Shown: positions 1 through 12,280 of the stretch, piece after piece
Position numbering within the stretch: position 1 is the first letter of the stretch
How the letters are laid out: each line of letters starts with the position of its first letter
Source: Chiloscyllium plagiosum
Taxonomy: Eukaryota
NCBI RefSeq assembly: GCF_004010195.1
Contig: NC_057718.1
Location: 83,650,624-83,714,623, forward strand
Reading direction: 5' to 3'
DNA: 64,000 nucleotides
Program-made: the position numbers and the translations under genes
Notes under the pieces: generated by a model
What the model saw: the letters and a program-made list of their open reading frames with translations, nothing else
What the model was told of the DNA's origin: nothing
Database searches by the model: none

Positions 1-599
1 TTGACAACCACTACTGACTGATCTCCATTCCGAAAGGCACCCTTCCACAACTACTGTCTTTTATGAATAGCATATTTTCTGATGGACTTGGCAAACAGTT
101 CTGTGGGACACAAGAAACAGGCCAGAGGAGAAAGGTTCGCCCTATCTGACACATGGTATGAGAGGAAAGATTTATGCTTCCCATCCATTGATTGAAACTA
201 TTTTGAAATTTGTAATTGACCACACTTTTTAGAGAAGTGTTCTGCAGGTTTCATTGCCTATTGCATATCCCTGAAAGAGTGAGATCAATTTTAAGACTTA
301 ATCTATATTTCTATATTTGAAAATAAGTTCCCTCGTCCATTCTACCAACTCCTTTCATCAAGAAAACAGCTAAATTTTATTATCCCTTCATCTTCTACAT
401 TCAATGGAGTCTTTTTAAATGAATACTTAATTGTACAACTGAGATTGATTGAAATTTTTTAGTAACGGCTGCAGTTAGTTGCAAAACTTAGATGGGAAGG
501 TGGAGTTAAGAGGAGGATCAGCCATGAGTTAAAGGGGTTGGAACAGGCAAATAGCCAACTCCTGTTCCGATGTTCCCATCTGCACAGTTTACTCTGCCA

Positions 600-726
600 T
601 GTTGAAGAGCTTATGCCCGAAACATCGACTGTCCTGCTCCTTGGATGCTGCCTGACTTGCTGTGCTTTTTCCAGTGCCACATGTTTTGATTTTGACTCTC
701 CAGCATCTGCAGGCCTCACTTTCTCC
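600..726 (+). mobile_element. Solo PLE terminal-repeat unit (family A), hammerhead decayed
   Basis: gagcttatgcccgaaacatcgac...ctccagcatctgcaggcctcactttctcc matches the other family A termini. Confidence 0.8.
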
Positions 727-1071
727 ACATTATATTGATGAGCAATTTTGGAAAGGCAGTCCTTTCAAGCTTTACAATAACAGCTTATAAATATCATAAA
801 AATACAAGAGTCCTGAGGGACATCACAACACTCTCGTTTAAATTGACTTTCTCCTCACTCTTCACAGGTTCTTTCATTAAAAAAAAACTTGATGAGAACA
901 AAGAGTGAGAGAGGCTGTGGTCATCTCCTCGTTTGAACAGTAAACAACACAGAACTGACTATCTGCAATGTCATTTCCTGCAGGGAAAGACACGGAGGCC
1001 CCATTCCTTCATCTTCATCACTAGAATATAACTGTACAAAAAGAAAATAGTTATTCCTCAAGATACAAGGT

Positions 1072-1432
1072 AATGAGAGGAAGAGTTACAATGTACTAGG
1101 TAATGAGAGGCATAGATAGATTAGGTAGCCAGAGACTTTACCCGAGGGCAGAAATGGCTGTCACGAGCAGTCACAATTTTAAGGTAATTGAATAAGGTAG
1201 AGGTGAGATGTCAGAGGTTGTATCTTTATGCAGAGAGTGGTGTGTGTGTGAAATGCACTGCCTGTGGTGGTAATGTAGTCAGAGACATTAGGGATATTTA
1301 AGTGACTGCTGGACAAGCACATGGACGGCAGTAAATTGAGGCATGTGTAGGTTAGGTTGATCTTAGGTTAAGATAAATGCTCGGTACAACTTCATGGGCT
1401 GAGGGGCCTGTACTGTTCTATGTTCTATGTTC
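1072..1432 (+). mobile_element. CR1 LINE 3' end
   Basis: Degenerate MRGIDR... ORF2 C-terminus and 3' UTR ending in (TTCTATG)n tandem tail. Confidence 0.8.
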
Positions 1433-1669
1433 CTTCTGTGGGAAATGAACTATTTTCTACTATTGCACTCAATTTTATTTACATTGTTTGTTCCTTAGTA
1501 TCGACATTGATTATCAGTGTGGTCACTCAACATGATGCTAAAGAGCTACGAGTGTAATGGATTGAGGGTAAAGTTAGCAATTTATTTAACATACTATAGT
1601 TTCTCTGCAGCTTGTATAAGTCTTTTGCCTTTTACTAAAGACTTCTGTGGAGATAAACACTCCACAGAA

Positions 1670-3037
1670 TAATCCCTCTGCTTGGCTCTACTGCTTCCCC
1701 AAGATCCACAAGTCCAACTACCTCGGCTGACCCATTGTCTCCGCGTGCTCCTGTCGCACTGAACTAATTTCTTCCTGCCTCAACTCTATTCTCTTCCCCC
1801 TTGGTCTCGGCACTTCCAATCTACATCCAGGACATAAATTATGCTCTCCACTTCTTCAGAAACTTACAGTTCCCTGGCCCCCAGGAGCTTCATCTTTACT
1901 TTGGACATGCAGTCCCTATACATGACCTTATACTGCAATGTTGGCTTGCAGGCCCTCAGTTTTTACCTCTCCAACGGACCCATCCGGATCTCTCCACATC
2001 TCCACTTCGCTGAATTAGTCCTCACCCTCAATCACTTTGCTTTCAATTCTTTCCACTTTCCCCAAATCCAGGGGGTGGCATAGGCACTTGCATGGGCCTT
2101 AGCTACGCCTAAGTGAGGACTGCAGATGCTGGAGATTAGAGTCGAAAACACAGCAGGTCAGGCAGCATCCGAGGATCAGGAGAGTCGACGTTTTGGGCAA
2201 GAGCCCTTCATCAGGAATGCCCGCCTCTTTGGCAGTTATGTTGAACAATCCTTCATCAGAATGTACACTGGTACTGTTCCCCAATTCTTCTGCCGTTACT
2301 TCAGTGACTACATCGGTGTTCTATCCTGCACCAAGGCTGAACTGGAGCAGTTCATCGACTTCATGAACAACTTCCACCCCACTCTCAAATTCACTTGGTC
2401 TATCTTGGACATCTCCCTCCCCTTTCTTGACCTCTCTGATTCCATTTCCGGTGACAGTTTATGGTCCGACATTTACTATAAGCCCACTTCCATAGCAATC
2501 TGGACTACACCTCCTCCCACACCATATCCTGCAAAAACTATATCATTTTCCCAAATCCTCCGTCTCTGTTGCATCTGCTCCGACAAGAAGACGTTCCACT
2601 CCCCAGCATACCAGATGTCTTCCTATTTCCAAGGTGCTTTTCCACCCTCTGTCATCCAGACAACCCTCCACTGCACCTCTTCCATTCCCCACTTCACTGT
2701 TCTAAACCCTGCCCCCAACATAATAAAGATGGGCTCCCCCTTATCCTCACTTTCCACCCCACCAGCCTCGACATCCAACATATCCTCAAACACTTCCGCC
2801 AACTTCAATTAGACCCTATTACCCAGAACATCTTCCTCTTCCCACAAGGACCGTTCCCTTCACCACTCCTTGATTCACACCACACTCCCCACCAACCCCT
2901 CTAACACCCCGGTACCTTCCCCTGCAACCAAAAAAGATGCAACACCTGCCTATACACCACCTTCCTCACATCCATCCATGGCCCCAAAACAGTCCTTCCA
3001 GATGAGACAGAGGTTCACCTGCCTCTCCTCCAACCTA
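1670..3037 (+). mobile_element. Penelope-like element (family A) RT-region fragment, disrupted
   Basis: PKIHK, FTLDMQSLY, QIQGVA..GPSYA-like, ELEQFIDFMNNFHPTLKFTWS and DIYYKPT motifs; frameshifted. Confidence 0.85.
2111..2218 (-). mobile_element. Solo family A PLE terminal unit inserted in the opposite orientation into the PLE RT region
   Basis: Reverse complement reads attc-CTGATGA-a-gggc-tctt-gccc-aaaa-cgtc-gac; GAAA has decayed to AAAA. It splits the SYA/CLF coding segment. Confidence 0.8.
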
Positions 3038-3040
3038 GGT

Positions 3041-3165
3041 AAAAACAATGACTGCAGATGCTGGAAACCAGATTCTGGATCAATGGTGCTGGAAGAGCAC
3101 AGCAGTTCAGGCAGCATCGAGGAGCTTCAGCAAAATCGACATTTCGGGCAAAAGCCATTCATCCA
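3041..3165 (-). mobile_element. Variant PLE terminal unit (family A relative)
   Basis: gactgcagatgctggaaaccag...cagcagttcaggcagcatc...tcgacatttcgggcaaaagcc. Confidence 0.7.
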
Positions 3166-3486
3166 GGGTTGTTAAGAAGGCATACAGTGTTTTAGCTTTT
3201 ATTGGTAGAGGGATTGAGTTTCGGAGCCATGAGGTTATGCTGCAGCTGTTCAAAACTCTGGTGCGGCCGCACTTGGAGTATTGTGTACAGTTCTGGTCAC
3301 CGCATTATAAGGAGGATGTGGGAGCTTTGGAAAGGGTGCAGAGGAGATTTACTAGGATGTTGCCTGGTATGGAGGGAAGGTCTTACGAGGAAAGGCTGAG
3401 GGCCTTGAGGCTGTTCTCGTTAGAGAGAAGAAGGTTAAGAGGTGACTTAATAGAGACATACAAGATAATCAGAGGGTTAGATAGAC
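3166..3486 (+). mobile_element. CR1 LINE ORF2 C-terminal fragment
   Basis: LFKTLVRPHLEYCVQFWSPHYK..LERVQRRFTRMLPG..LERRRLRGDLIETYKIIRGLDR, a classic CR1 ORF2 segment. Confidence 0.92.
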
Positions 3487-5208
3487 AATGAATTAATGAT
3501 ACAAGCTCTTCTCCTTGAATTAGTTTGTTTCACTGAATGAATGAGTTTAGCTTGACATATTGAATGAACGAGAGAGGATCTGCTCATTGAATTAACACGT
3601 GCAGTTTGAATCATTGAATGTGTGCAGTTTGATTCAGTGTATGAATATGCAAAGTTTGTGTCATTGAATCAATGAATGCAGTTTTAGTGACTGAATGAAT
3701 ATGTCAAGATTGTTGCATTAAATCAATGAATAACGTTCGATTAATTGAACTTCCTATGGACGTTTGATTCAATGAATGAATGAATGAATGTAGATTGCTC
3801 CATTGAATGTACTTTTCGAGTTTGGTTTATTGAATGTACTTTTGTCGTTTGATTAAATGAATCAATGGATGTAGATTGCTTCGTTGAATGAATGATGGCG
3901 GTTTGATTCACTGAATGAATATGTTAAATTTGTTGCATTAAATCAATAAATAACTTTGGATTAATTGAACATACTAATGACGTTTGATTCAATGAATGAA
4001 TGAATGAATGTAGATTGCTCCATTGAATGTACTTTTCGCGTTTGGTTTATTGAATTTTCTTTTGTCGTTTGATTCAATGAATCAATGGCTGTAGATTGCT
4101 TCGTTGAATGAATGATGGCGGTTTGATTCACTGAATGAATATGTTAAATTTGTTGCATTAAATCAATGAAAAACTTTGGATTAATTGAACATACTAATGA
4201 CGTTTGATTCAATGAATGAATGAATGCATTCTTTGAATGAATGCATTAAACTCGAGACAATGAATTAATGATACAAGCTCTTCTCCTTGAATTAACACGT
4301 TCAGTTTGTTTCACTGAATGCATGAGTTTAGCTTGACATATTGAATGAACGAGAGAGGATCTGCTCATTGAATTAACACGTGCAGTTTGAATCATTGAAT
4401 GTGTGCAGTTTGATTCAGTGTATGAATATGCTAAGTTTGTGTCATTGAATCAATGAATGCAGTTTGAGTCACTGAATGAATATGTCAAGATTGTTGCATT
4501 AAATCAATGAATAACGTTCGATTAATTGAACTTCCTATGGACGTTTGATTCAATGAATGAATGAATGAATGTAGATTGCTCCATTGAATGTACTTTTCGA
4601 GTTTGGTTTATTATATGTATTTTTGTCGTTTGATTCAATGAATCAATGGATGTAGATTGCTTCGTTGAATGAATGATGGCGGTTTGATTCACTGAATGAA
4701 TATGTTAAGTTCGTTGCATGGAATCAAACAATAACGTTAGATGAATTGAACTTAAAATTGACATTTGATTAAATGAGTGAATGAGTGCAGATTCTTTCAT
4801 TGAATGAAAGCATTAAGCTCGAGGCAATGAATTAATGATACAAGCACTACTCATTGAATTAACACGGGCAGCTTGAATCATTGAATATGTGCAGTTTGAT
4901 TCACTGTATGAATATGCTAAGATTGTTTCATTGAATCAATGAATAGTGTTTGGTTCAATGAATGTATTTTCGTCATTTGATTCAATGAATGAATGAATGT
5001 AGATTGCTTCATTGAATGAATGATGGCAGTTTGATTCACTGAATGAATATATGAAATTCGTTGATTGGAATCAATTAAATATGTTAAGATTGTTTCGTTG
5101 AATCAATGAATAACGTTTGCTTCATTGAATGTACTATTGGCGTTTGATTCAATGAATGAATGCATGCAGATTGTTTCGTTGAATGAATGCATTAAACTCG
5201 AGACAATG
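3483..5208. repeat. AATG/TGAA-rich complex satellite with higher-order structure
   Basis: Short diverged TGAATGAAT units. A 220-bp subrepeat recurs at 3771, 3991 and 4211. The GACAATG register recurs at 3484, 4256, 4823 and 5202, preceded by CTCGAG at the last three. Confidence 0.92.
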
Positions 5209-5765
5209 GGTCCACGGAGCGGGATGAATGTGAGTCCTTTGCTGAGGACTGAACGTTCGTCCTCATGAGTGGGAGGTCCGGGGGAATGGTGAAAACTCGG
5301 CAGGGCTGGGAGCTGGGATCTGGTGTGGCTAAGGAGCTGGGAGTAGGGTCAGAGCCAGTACCTGGAGTGGGTGTGATGGTGGGGGCAATGGGGGTGGAGG
5401 CATGAGTGCTCCCATCGGAGTTCTTGGCGGTGGGGATAGTGACATTGGGGTCTGTTGGGGGGCGTGTCAGCAGAATGCAGATGAGTGGCGCTGGTGGGGC
5501 CGGATGTGGTGGCAGACACGGCAGTAGGGGTGGCGGAAGTCACTGAGCATGTGGCATCGGCGATGATGTGAGGGCCGGAAGTGGCTGTGGGAGTGGCCAT
5601 GATGGGGGCGGAAGTGACATCATCAATCAGCGTGGGGGTGGCAGCTGCATCAGCCACGTGGCTAATAGCGTTTCCGAGGCCAGGGGAATCTTCTGGAATG
5701 TTTGAGGAGCGCTGGTTATGGAGGTGGGTGGATAAAAGTTTGTTGTACTTACAGTTTTTGATGTT
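5209..5765 (-). mobile_element. Penelope-like element upstream-ORF fragment
   Basis: Thr/Ala/Pro-rich segment followed by PCRVFTIPPDLPL..(E)RSVLSKGLTFIP. A homologous motif occurs at about 27040-27140 in the larger PLE copy. Confidence 0.75.
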
Positions 5766-8540
5766 TGAGCCTGAAGGCAGAAGATGGTTCGGTATTGTCA
5801 TCTCAGTCTTATACTGAGGATTAGCAAATCTTTTTATGCCAGTCTGAATGAAATGAAAGCCACAGACAGCATGATCTCCCAATCTTTCCTGTCCTCTATC
5901 ATGGAGGTCTTAAAGGACAGCATGTGGGAGAGGCTGGACCAGCTGTTACATCTGGATGAGCTGATCAAGGCCCTTGCATCCATCAGACAGAATCAAATTC
6001 CCAGAAGCAATGGCTTACCAAACAAGTTATACTCAGCTCTGTGAGCCTTGATTGGCCAGAACCTGCTGGAGATGAATGACAGTATGCTTCTGTTAGGTAG
6101 CATGTGCAAATCCATGATGAAAGGCATCACTCTCATCTACAAGTGGAAGGGGAGAGGGAAGAAATCAGAAATTGGTGACCAATTTCATTGCTGGACACAG
6201 GCTACAAAATCCTGTCAAAGGTCATTGCAAGCCAGATCTGCTCTGGGATTTGTGATTCACCATGACCAAACTTGCGCTGTACTGGGGAAAAAGATCTCTG
6301 AGAGTCTGCAATCCTCAGGGGAATGATTGCCGAGGTACAGGACAGGAGGATGGACGTCTGTCTTATCAGCCCCTGGACCAGGAGAAGGCCTTTAACAGGA
6401 TATTGCACACCTACATATGGGACATGCTCTCCAAAATGGGCTTTGGGGAGGGAATTTGCAACTGGACCGACTACTTTATTTCTCATTTCCTCCCCTCCCC
6501 ACACTTTATTCCAGTCCCAAGCCTCCAACTCGGCACTACCCCCTTGACCTGTCCATTGTCTTTCCCATCCATCCGCTCCACCCTCCTCTCCGACCTATCA
6601 CCCTCTCCCCCAGCTTCATCTACTTATTACATTCCCAGCTACCTCCTGCAGTCCCACCCCCCCTCCCATTTATCACTCAGCGCCCCCTTTCTGGCCCACA
6701 AGCCTCATTCCTGATAAAGGGCTTATGCCCGAAACGTTGATTCTCCTGGTCTTCGGATGCTGCCTGACTTGCTGTACTTTTCCAACATCACACTCTTGAC
6801 TCTGATCTCCAGCATCTGCAGTCCTCACTTTCTCCTGACTATTTTATATCAATCATTCGTGCAGTCTCAATCAATGGGTGGGCATCAAAAAGCTTCCTGA
6901 TCAGATCCGGGGTCAGGCAGGGCTGCCCACTCTCTCCTGCCTTGTTTGTGTGTTGTACAGAGTCATTTACTGAATCTATCAGGAACGATGTGAGCCCGAG
7001 AGGAGTGACTATTCCAGGCAGCAGAGGTTAGTAGCTCAAAGCCTTCCTCCACATGGACAATTTGCTGTTTTCTACTTGGATCCGCAGTCAGTGTGCAGAC
7101 ATCTGTGTCCAGTTTGAACTAGCCTTGAGAGCCAAGATAAATTGAGGCAAGAGTGAGGCCATGTTTTTTGGGAACTGGGCCAATCGATCCTTTACCCCTT
7201 TCACCTTCAGAACAGATAACCTGAAGGTGCTGGGAATGTGGTTCGGAGAGGCCGGGGCATGTGCAAAATCTTGAGAGGAATGCATCGCCAAGGTGAGGCA
7301 GAAACTGGTCTTGCGGGAACATTGTTCCCTCTCCATTGTGGGTAAAAATCTGGTCAGCAGGTGTGAAGCACTGTCTGTTGTTTGTGGTACAGGTCTGGTC
7401 CATTCTCTGAAACTGTGCTGTTGTAGTCACACGAACTATCTTCCACTTCTTCTGGAGATCAAAGATGTCCGCAGGGACTATGTCCAAAATTCTGGACAAG
7501 AAGGCGAAGAACGTACCCAACATTACCCTCATCCTGATGACCACTCTCGTACACAACTGCATCAAGCTGTGAGTAAACCCTTGGTATGCAAACACCAAGT
7601 GTCGCTACATACTGAGGTTCTATGTGTCCCCAGTGTTGTAGGGGACTGGCTTGTTTGCTTGAATGCTCCCCATAGTTGGACTGTTTCATATCCCTGTCCT
7701 TTGTGGAGAAATTTGCAAAGAAAAACACTTTTGACCACAAGTCCATCAGGAAGTGGTCAGCACGTAGTGTCCTTTAGATCCTGAGGAAAAAGGAGAGAGT
7801 GGATTCTGTCGCTTGGAAGCCAACTGGCAGACTAAGTCATCACCAAAACTTTCCAACACGCACCAAAACATTGCTTGGCTTGTGGTGAAAAGGTGAGAAG
7901 GACACTACCTGTGAGATCCTTCATGTATGCTTGATGTGTGTGTGCCACCACATGCTGCCCTCAAAGCAGCTGTGGTGGAGTAGAGACTATCACACATCGC
8001 CTGCTTGAAGTCTGGAGAGAGATGCAATGTTTTTTGTCGAGGTTTGTCCTGAGCAGCTTTGTGACACAGGATTCTGTGCTCTATGGTCTGTTCTCTAGGA
8101 CACACAGCAAGACAAACGTCAATATTTCCTGGAGGACCATCAACTTGGTGAAAGCCACTCTTTGATCTGTCCGAAACTTGTTGGTCTTCCAGAACAAGGA
8201 GTTGACCCCAACCGAGTGTTGCAGACTGACACATTCCAAGGTCCAGGACTACATGCTGAGGGATGCAGAAATGCTTGGGGCAGCTGCTGCCAAGGCGCCC
8301 TAGGTCTTCCTGTTGAAGTTAAATTGGGGGTCCATTCAGTTATCGGACCCTCCGATTGCCTCAAATGCATGTGAATATAGTGTGGTTTAAGCCAGAGACA
8401 CTTTTGGTTTGTTTGGATAGAGTCAAACTCCCATGTTTGTTTATTTCCCCGATATGCTACTGTCCAGAAGCAAATTGCTTTTATGACCATGTGTGTGTAT
8501 AGGTATTTTTTATGAATGAATTATATTTAAAACAAGAAAA
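5766..8540 (+). mobile_element. L1/Tx1-clade LINE, 5'-truncated and degraded (RT to 3' UTR)
   Basis: Collinear with the element at 46940-49374 (KGITLIYK, LDQEKAF, GVRQGCPLSP, SKVQDYMLRDA); many stops and frameshifts. Confidence 0.9.
6480..6836 (+). mobile_element. PLE family A 3' fragment inserted in Tx1
   Basis: Pyrimidine-rich 3' region plus terminal unit. Flanked by GACTACTTTAT (6469-6479) and GACTATTTTAT (6837-6847). Hammerhead core mutated to CTGATAA. Confidence 0.85.
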
Positions 8541-9368
8541 GCATGTAAATATAATTTTGGACAAGCCTTTGGTTTGTTTGTTGGATAGAGCCAAACTCCA
8601 ATGTTTGTGTCTTCATATGATAATTTACAGAACTGACTGTTTAAGTGGCTGAGTATGTACATCAAGATATTTTATGAATAGGTATATATTTGAGAATAAA
8701 ACCTTGTATGAAAAAGTGAGTGAAAGAAGGAATGTTAACATTGGAAAAGTGATAGGGGAAGGTGCTTGGCTTCTATGTTCCCCATTTCCCGATTCCAGGT
8801 CCCTCAAGGTTCTCTCTGGGAAGCAGTTGGTAAACTCAGTCTAACCACATTGTAAGGGAAAACCACGTGACTCCCATCGAATCCCTGTACCATCACTATA
8901 TTGCAGTGGTCTCAAGGAAACTGTGTTAATTGTCTCATTAATGAGTTGAATTGACATCCTGGTGCAGGTGGGAATGTTGCACTCTGCCTCATTTCTGAAC
9001 TTTAGCCCTTTTGTTTTTTGGACGAGACTGCAGTGAGGCCATGAGCACCTGGAAGAAACCAAACTGAGCAGATAGAGTCAGAGAGTTATACAGCATGGAA
9101 ACAGACAGTTCATTCCAACTCATCCTCAGTGACCTGACATCCTAAACTTATCTAAACCCATTTGCCAGTTTTTGGCCCATATCCCTCTAAACCCAGTCTA
9201 TTATATGGCAATCGAGATGCGTTTCAAATGTTGTAACTGTACCTGCTCCCACCACCTCCTCTGGCAGCTTGTTTCATGTATGCACCAGCCTCTGTGATAA
9301 AAGGCCACTTTTAAATATACCCCCCCCCCCGCCCCAACTTAAACCTATGCCGTCTAGTTTTGGACTCC

Positions 9369-10137
9369 TAAGAAGAAGAGGAACACCTATACAAGGTATT
9401 CGCCAAAAACGGATACCCGCGCAACTTCATCAACAGATGCCTAAGAGAAAGACCACGGAACGAGGACATACCACAACCAAAAGGACTAGCCACACTGCCA
9501 TACATCAGGAGCATCTCAGAACTGACAGCCAGACTACTGCGACCCCTAGGAGTCATAACGGCACACAAACTAACAGCCACGCTCAGACAACAACTCACCA
9601 GAACGAAGGACCCGATACCCAACATGAGCAAAACTAATGTAGTGTACAAAATACCATGCAAGGACTGCACAAAACACTATATAGGAAAAACAGGAAGACA
9701 GCTAACAATCCGCATCCATGAACATCAACTAGCCACAAAACGACACGACCAGCTATCCTTAGTAGCCACACACGCAGACAACAAGCAACATGAATTCGAC
9801 TGGGACAACACTAATATCATAGGGCAAGCCAGACAGAGGACAGCCAGGGAATTCCTAGAGGCATGGCATTCATCCACAAACTCCATCAACAAACACATCG
9901 ACCTGGACCCAATATACCAACCACTACAGCAGACAGCTGAAACTGACAACCGGAAGCGGCAGGGACAGACCACTATAAACACCGGAGGAAACATCAAAGA
10001 AGCGCTTCGCAGGAGGCTCCCAAGCACTGATGATGTCGCCTCGCCAGGGGACGAAACGTTTGCAACAAAATCTTTCAGCTCGGCGAACAGAACCACAACA
10101 ACGAGCACCCGAGCTACAAATCTTTGCACAAACTTTG
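9369..10137 (+). mobile_element. Penelope-like element family B (Penelope/Poseidon-type), 5'-truncated, GIY-YIG endonuclease plus terminal repeat
   Basis: Open frame from 9372 (EEEHLYKVFAKNGYP...LPYI...NVVYKIPCKDCTKHYIGKTGRQLTIRIHEH). Perfect 13-bp TSD AGTTTTGGACTCC at 9356-9368 and 10138-10150. Confidence 0.93.
10024..10063 (+). ncRNA. Minimal type I hammerhead ribozyme motif (PLE family B)
   Basis: GCA-CTGATGA-T-GTC(g)CCT cgcc AGG(g)GAC-GAAA-CG-TT-TGC. Stem I GCA/TGC, intact catalytic boxes, palindromic AACGTT stem III. Confidence 0.8.
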
Positions 10138-10689
10138 AGTTTTGGACTCCCTTACCCTGGGAAAATAACCTTGGCTATTCACCCTATCCATGCTCATGAT
10201 TTTATAAACCTCGATAAGGTCATCCCTCAGCCTCCAACACCCCAGGAAAAAAAAAATGCCCCAGTCTATTCAGCCTCTCCCTTTGGCTCAAACCTTCCAA
10301 TCCTGGCAACATCCTTGCAAATCTTATCTGAACCCTCTCAAATTTAACACTTCCTACCGCACAGAGACCATTATTGCTAAGCAATTGCCACTTGTCAGCT
10401 CTGCTGACAACCCCTATTATCAGTTTACAGACGACTAAATAGACCCATAAGGTGGAAAATAAATGGGTTGGAATTGTCCTGCTTTTTGCGTTAAGCTAGG
10501 TGTATGACTAGGTCTGGAGGACATGAACTGAAAATCTTTATCTTAAACATAGGGTTCAAAATTACTGGCATCAGCATGTACATTAATAAAGCAGCTGCAT
10601 AAGGAGTTTCCCCACTGGCTTATCTGGCTAATATAAAATCTACAGCACTACAGCAGATACAGAAAATGTTTGAGCTAGTGTCTCCAATG

Positions 10690-12280
10690 GATCAGTGATT
10701 TGGTCAGGAGGTAACAATGCCATTCCTTCAGCTTGGATATTGTGCTGCAGGGAGCTACTCTTACTGTCAGAAGTAAAGGAGGTGGTGGGTGGGCACCTCA
10801 CACAGCACATATTTTGTACAAAACAGTCTAAGATAAACTAATGTGCACATCTCACTGGTAAAGAGTGACCAACTGGCCATCTTCCAATACCTCCCACTGC
10901 TGCTGTCAGTCACACTGGGTAATGATTTCAGCCACACAATTGAAGTGGTTGGATGACCTGGAGGGTCTTACAGCAAACTGGATGTCACATGTAGATTCCT
11001 GGTAGCAATGGTAAAAGATGCCAAGTTGCATGACACCTTCAGCATCCTTGCAGGTCAAGTGTAGCTTAGGTGCATCTATTTGTGGCTAGAAGGCTTTGTC
11101 TTCTTCAGTATAGACTTTCAGTATAGACTTCCAGTTTGTGTCCTGAGCATTCCTGGCCTAATCCACCAAAGTCGAATGGGTGTTCTTCTGTGACTACTGC
11201 CTTCTACTGGCCAATTATCATCTACAGGAGGTTCAGAGGGATGGCAGGGCAACACAGAGGCTGAATGCCAAACTGTTCACTCCAGAAAACATTGAGGAAC
11301 TCAAAATTGCATACAATGGCAGGACAATAGTGAATTCCCTCAATAAGTCTCCAACATATGGTTTGGGAAGCAGTCAGGTGAACATTAAAAGGTTCTTCAT
11401 CTCAAAGGTGTTCAGAAGACAAAAGGGTGATGGGTGAGATTGTTCTGACTTTGGAAAAGCATGCAGACCTGTGCCTGCTGCAGCTCATTGGGGGTCAATG
11501 ACAAGGAGGATTTTTAAGATACGTGAAGACAGCAAGCCTTGTTCTTTGTCTTGAAAACTCTCAAAATAATCTTCAGATCCTGCACCCGTTCTGTGGAACA
11601 GGATGAAATATGCTCGTGTTTCTTCTTTCGAAGGTGTACAGGGAGAACTGTGATCAGCAGCCTGAAGGAAGAAAATGGCTCAGGAAAATTATTTCACTGG
11701 CATTTTGAGGATCAGAAAATTCTTTCATGCAAGTCTGTATGATGTGAAGGCTCATGATATAATGTATGATATGGTAGTTTAGCGCCTCAGTAATATTGGT
11801 CCTCCATCATGGAAGTTTTAGATTATAGTATGTGGGGATCTCTGGAAATGCCAATATCTCTTGATCTAAGATAATGTAAGACCCTTGAGAACAGTTGAAT
11901 TCCTGAAAGCAACAGTTTACTCGCCAAGTTGAATTGGAATCTGTACAACTTGTTTGGCCAGGACCTGCCAGAAGTATGCAAGAATAGGTTTCTGACTGGC
12001 AACATGTATAAATCCATGAGGATCCATCACTCCCATCTACAACAGGAAGAGGGAGAGGAAGGCAATTAGGAATTGGCAACTAATCGCACTCAAATGTAGA
12101 CTACAAAATTCTATCCAGTGTCATTGCCAACTAGGTTAGACCTGTTCAGAGGTTGGTGATTAACTGGTTTTAGTTGGCGACATCAACTGTATCATCAGTT
12201 GGATGATCCAAGAGAGTTGACAGCAAACTGGATGTAGGAGCAGATTTCTAATAGATCTGGTAAAAAAATACTAAGCTTCA
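10690..12280 (+). mobile_element. Old degraded Tx1 LINE fragment (endonuclease to start of RT)
   Basis: FSDHCLLL-like, TPENIEELK, NIKRFFI and SVEQDEICSCFFF segments homologous to 45900-47400. Confidence 0.75.

Larger units (their letters stand above)
9074..10345 (-). mobile_element. CR1 3' fragment split by a PLE insertion
   Basis: CR1 3' UTR/ORF2 end on the minus strand at 9074-9368, resuming at 10138-10345. Confidence 0.8.

Noticed and set aside
600..640. Active hammerheads at 600, 2180, 6710, 15690, 20700 and 29445
   Set aside because: The catalytic boxes are mutated (e.g. CTGATAA, AAAA for GAAA, CTAATAA); counted only as decayed copies.
3483..5208. Possible CRISPR-like array
   Set aside because: No constant repeat with unique spacers; it is a degenerate tandem satellite in eukaryotic DNA.
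5349..5882. Mucin-like Thr/Ala/Pro-rich ORF
   Set aside because: Contiguous with the PLE VLSKGL motif and similar to 26810-27140; part of a Penelope ORF.
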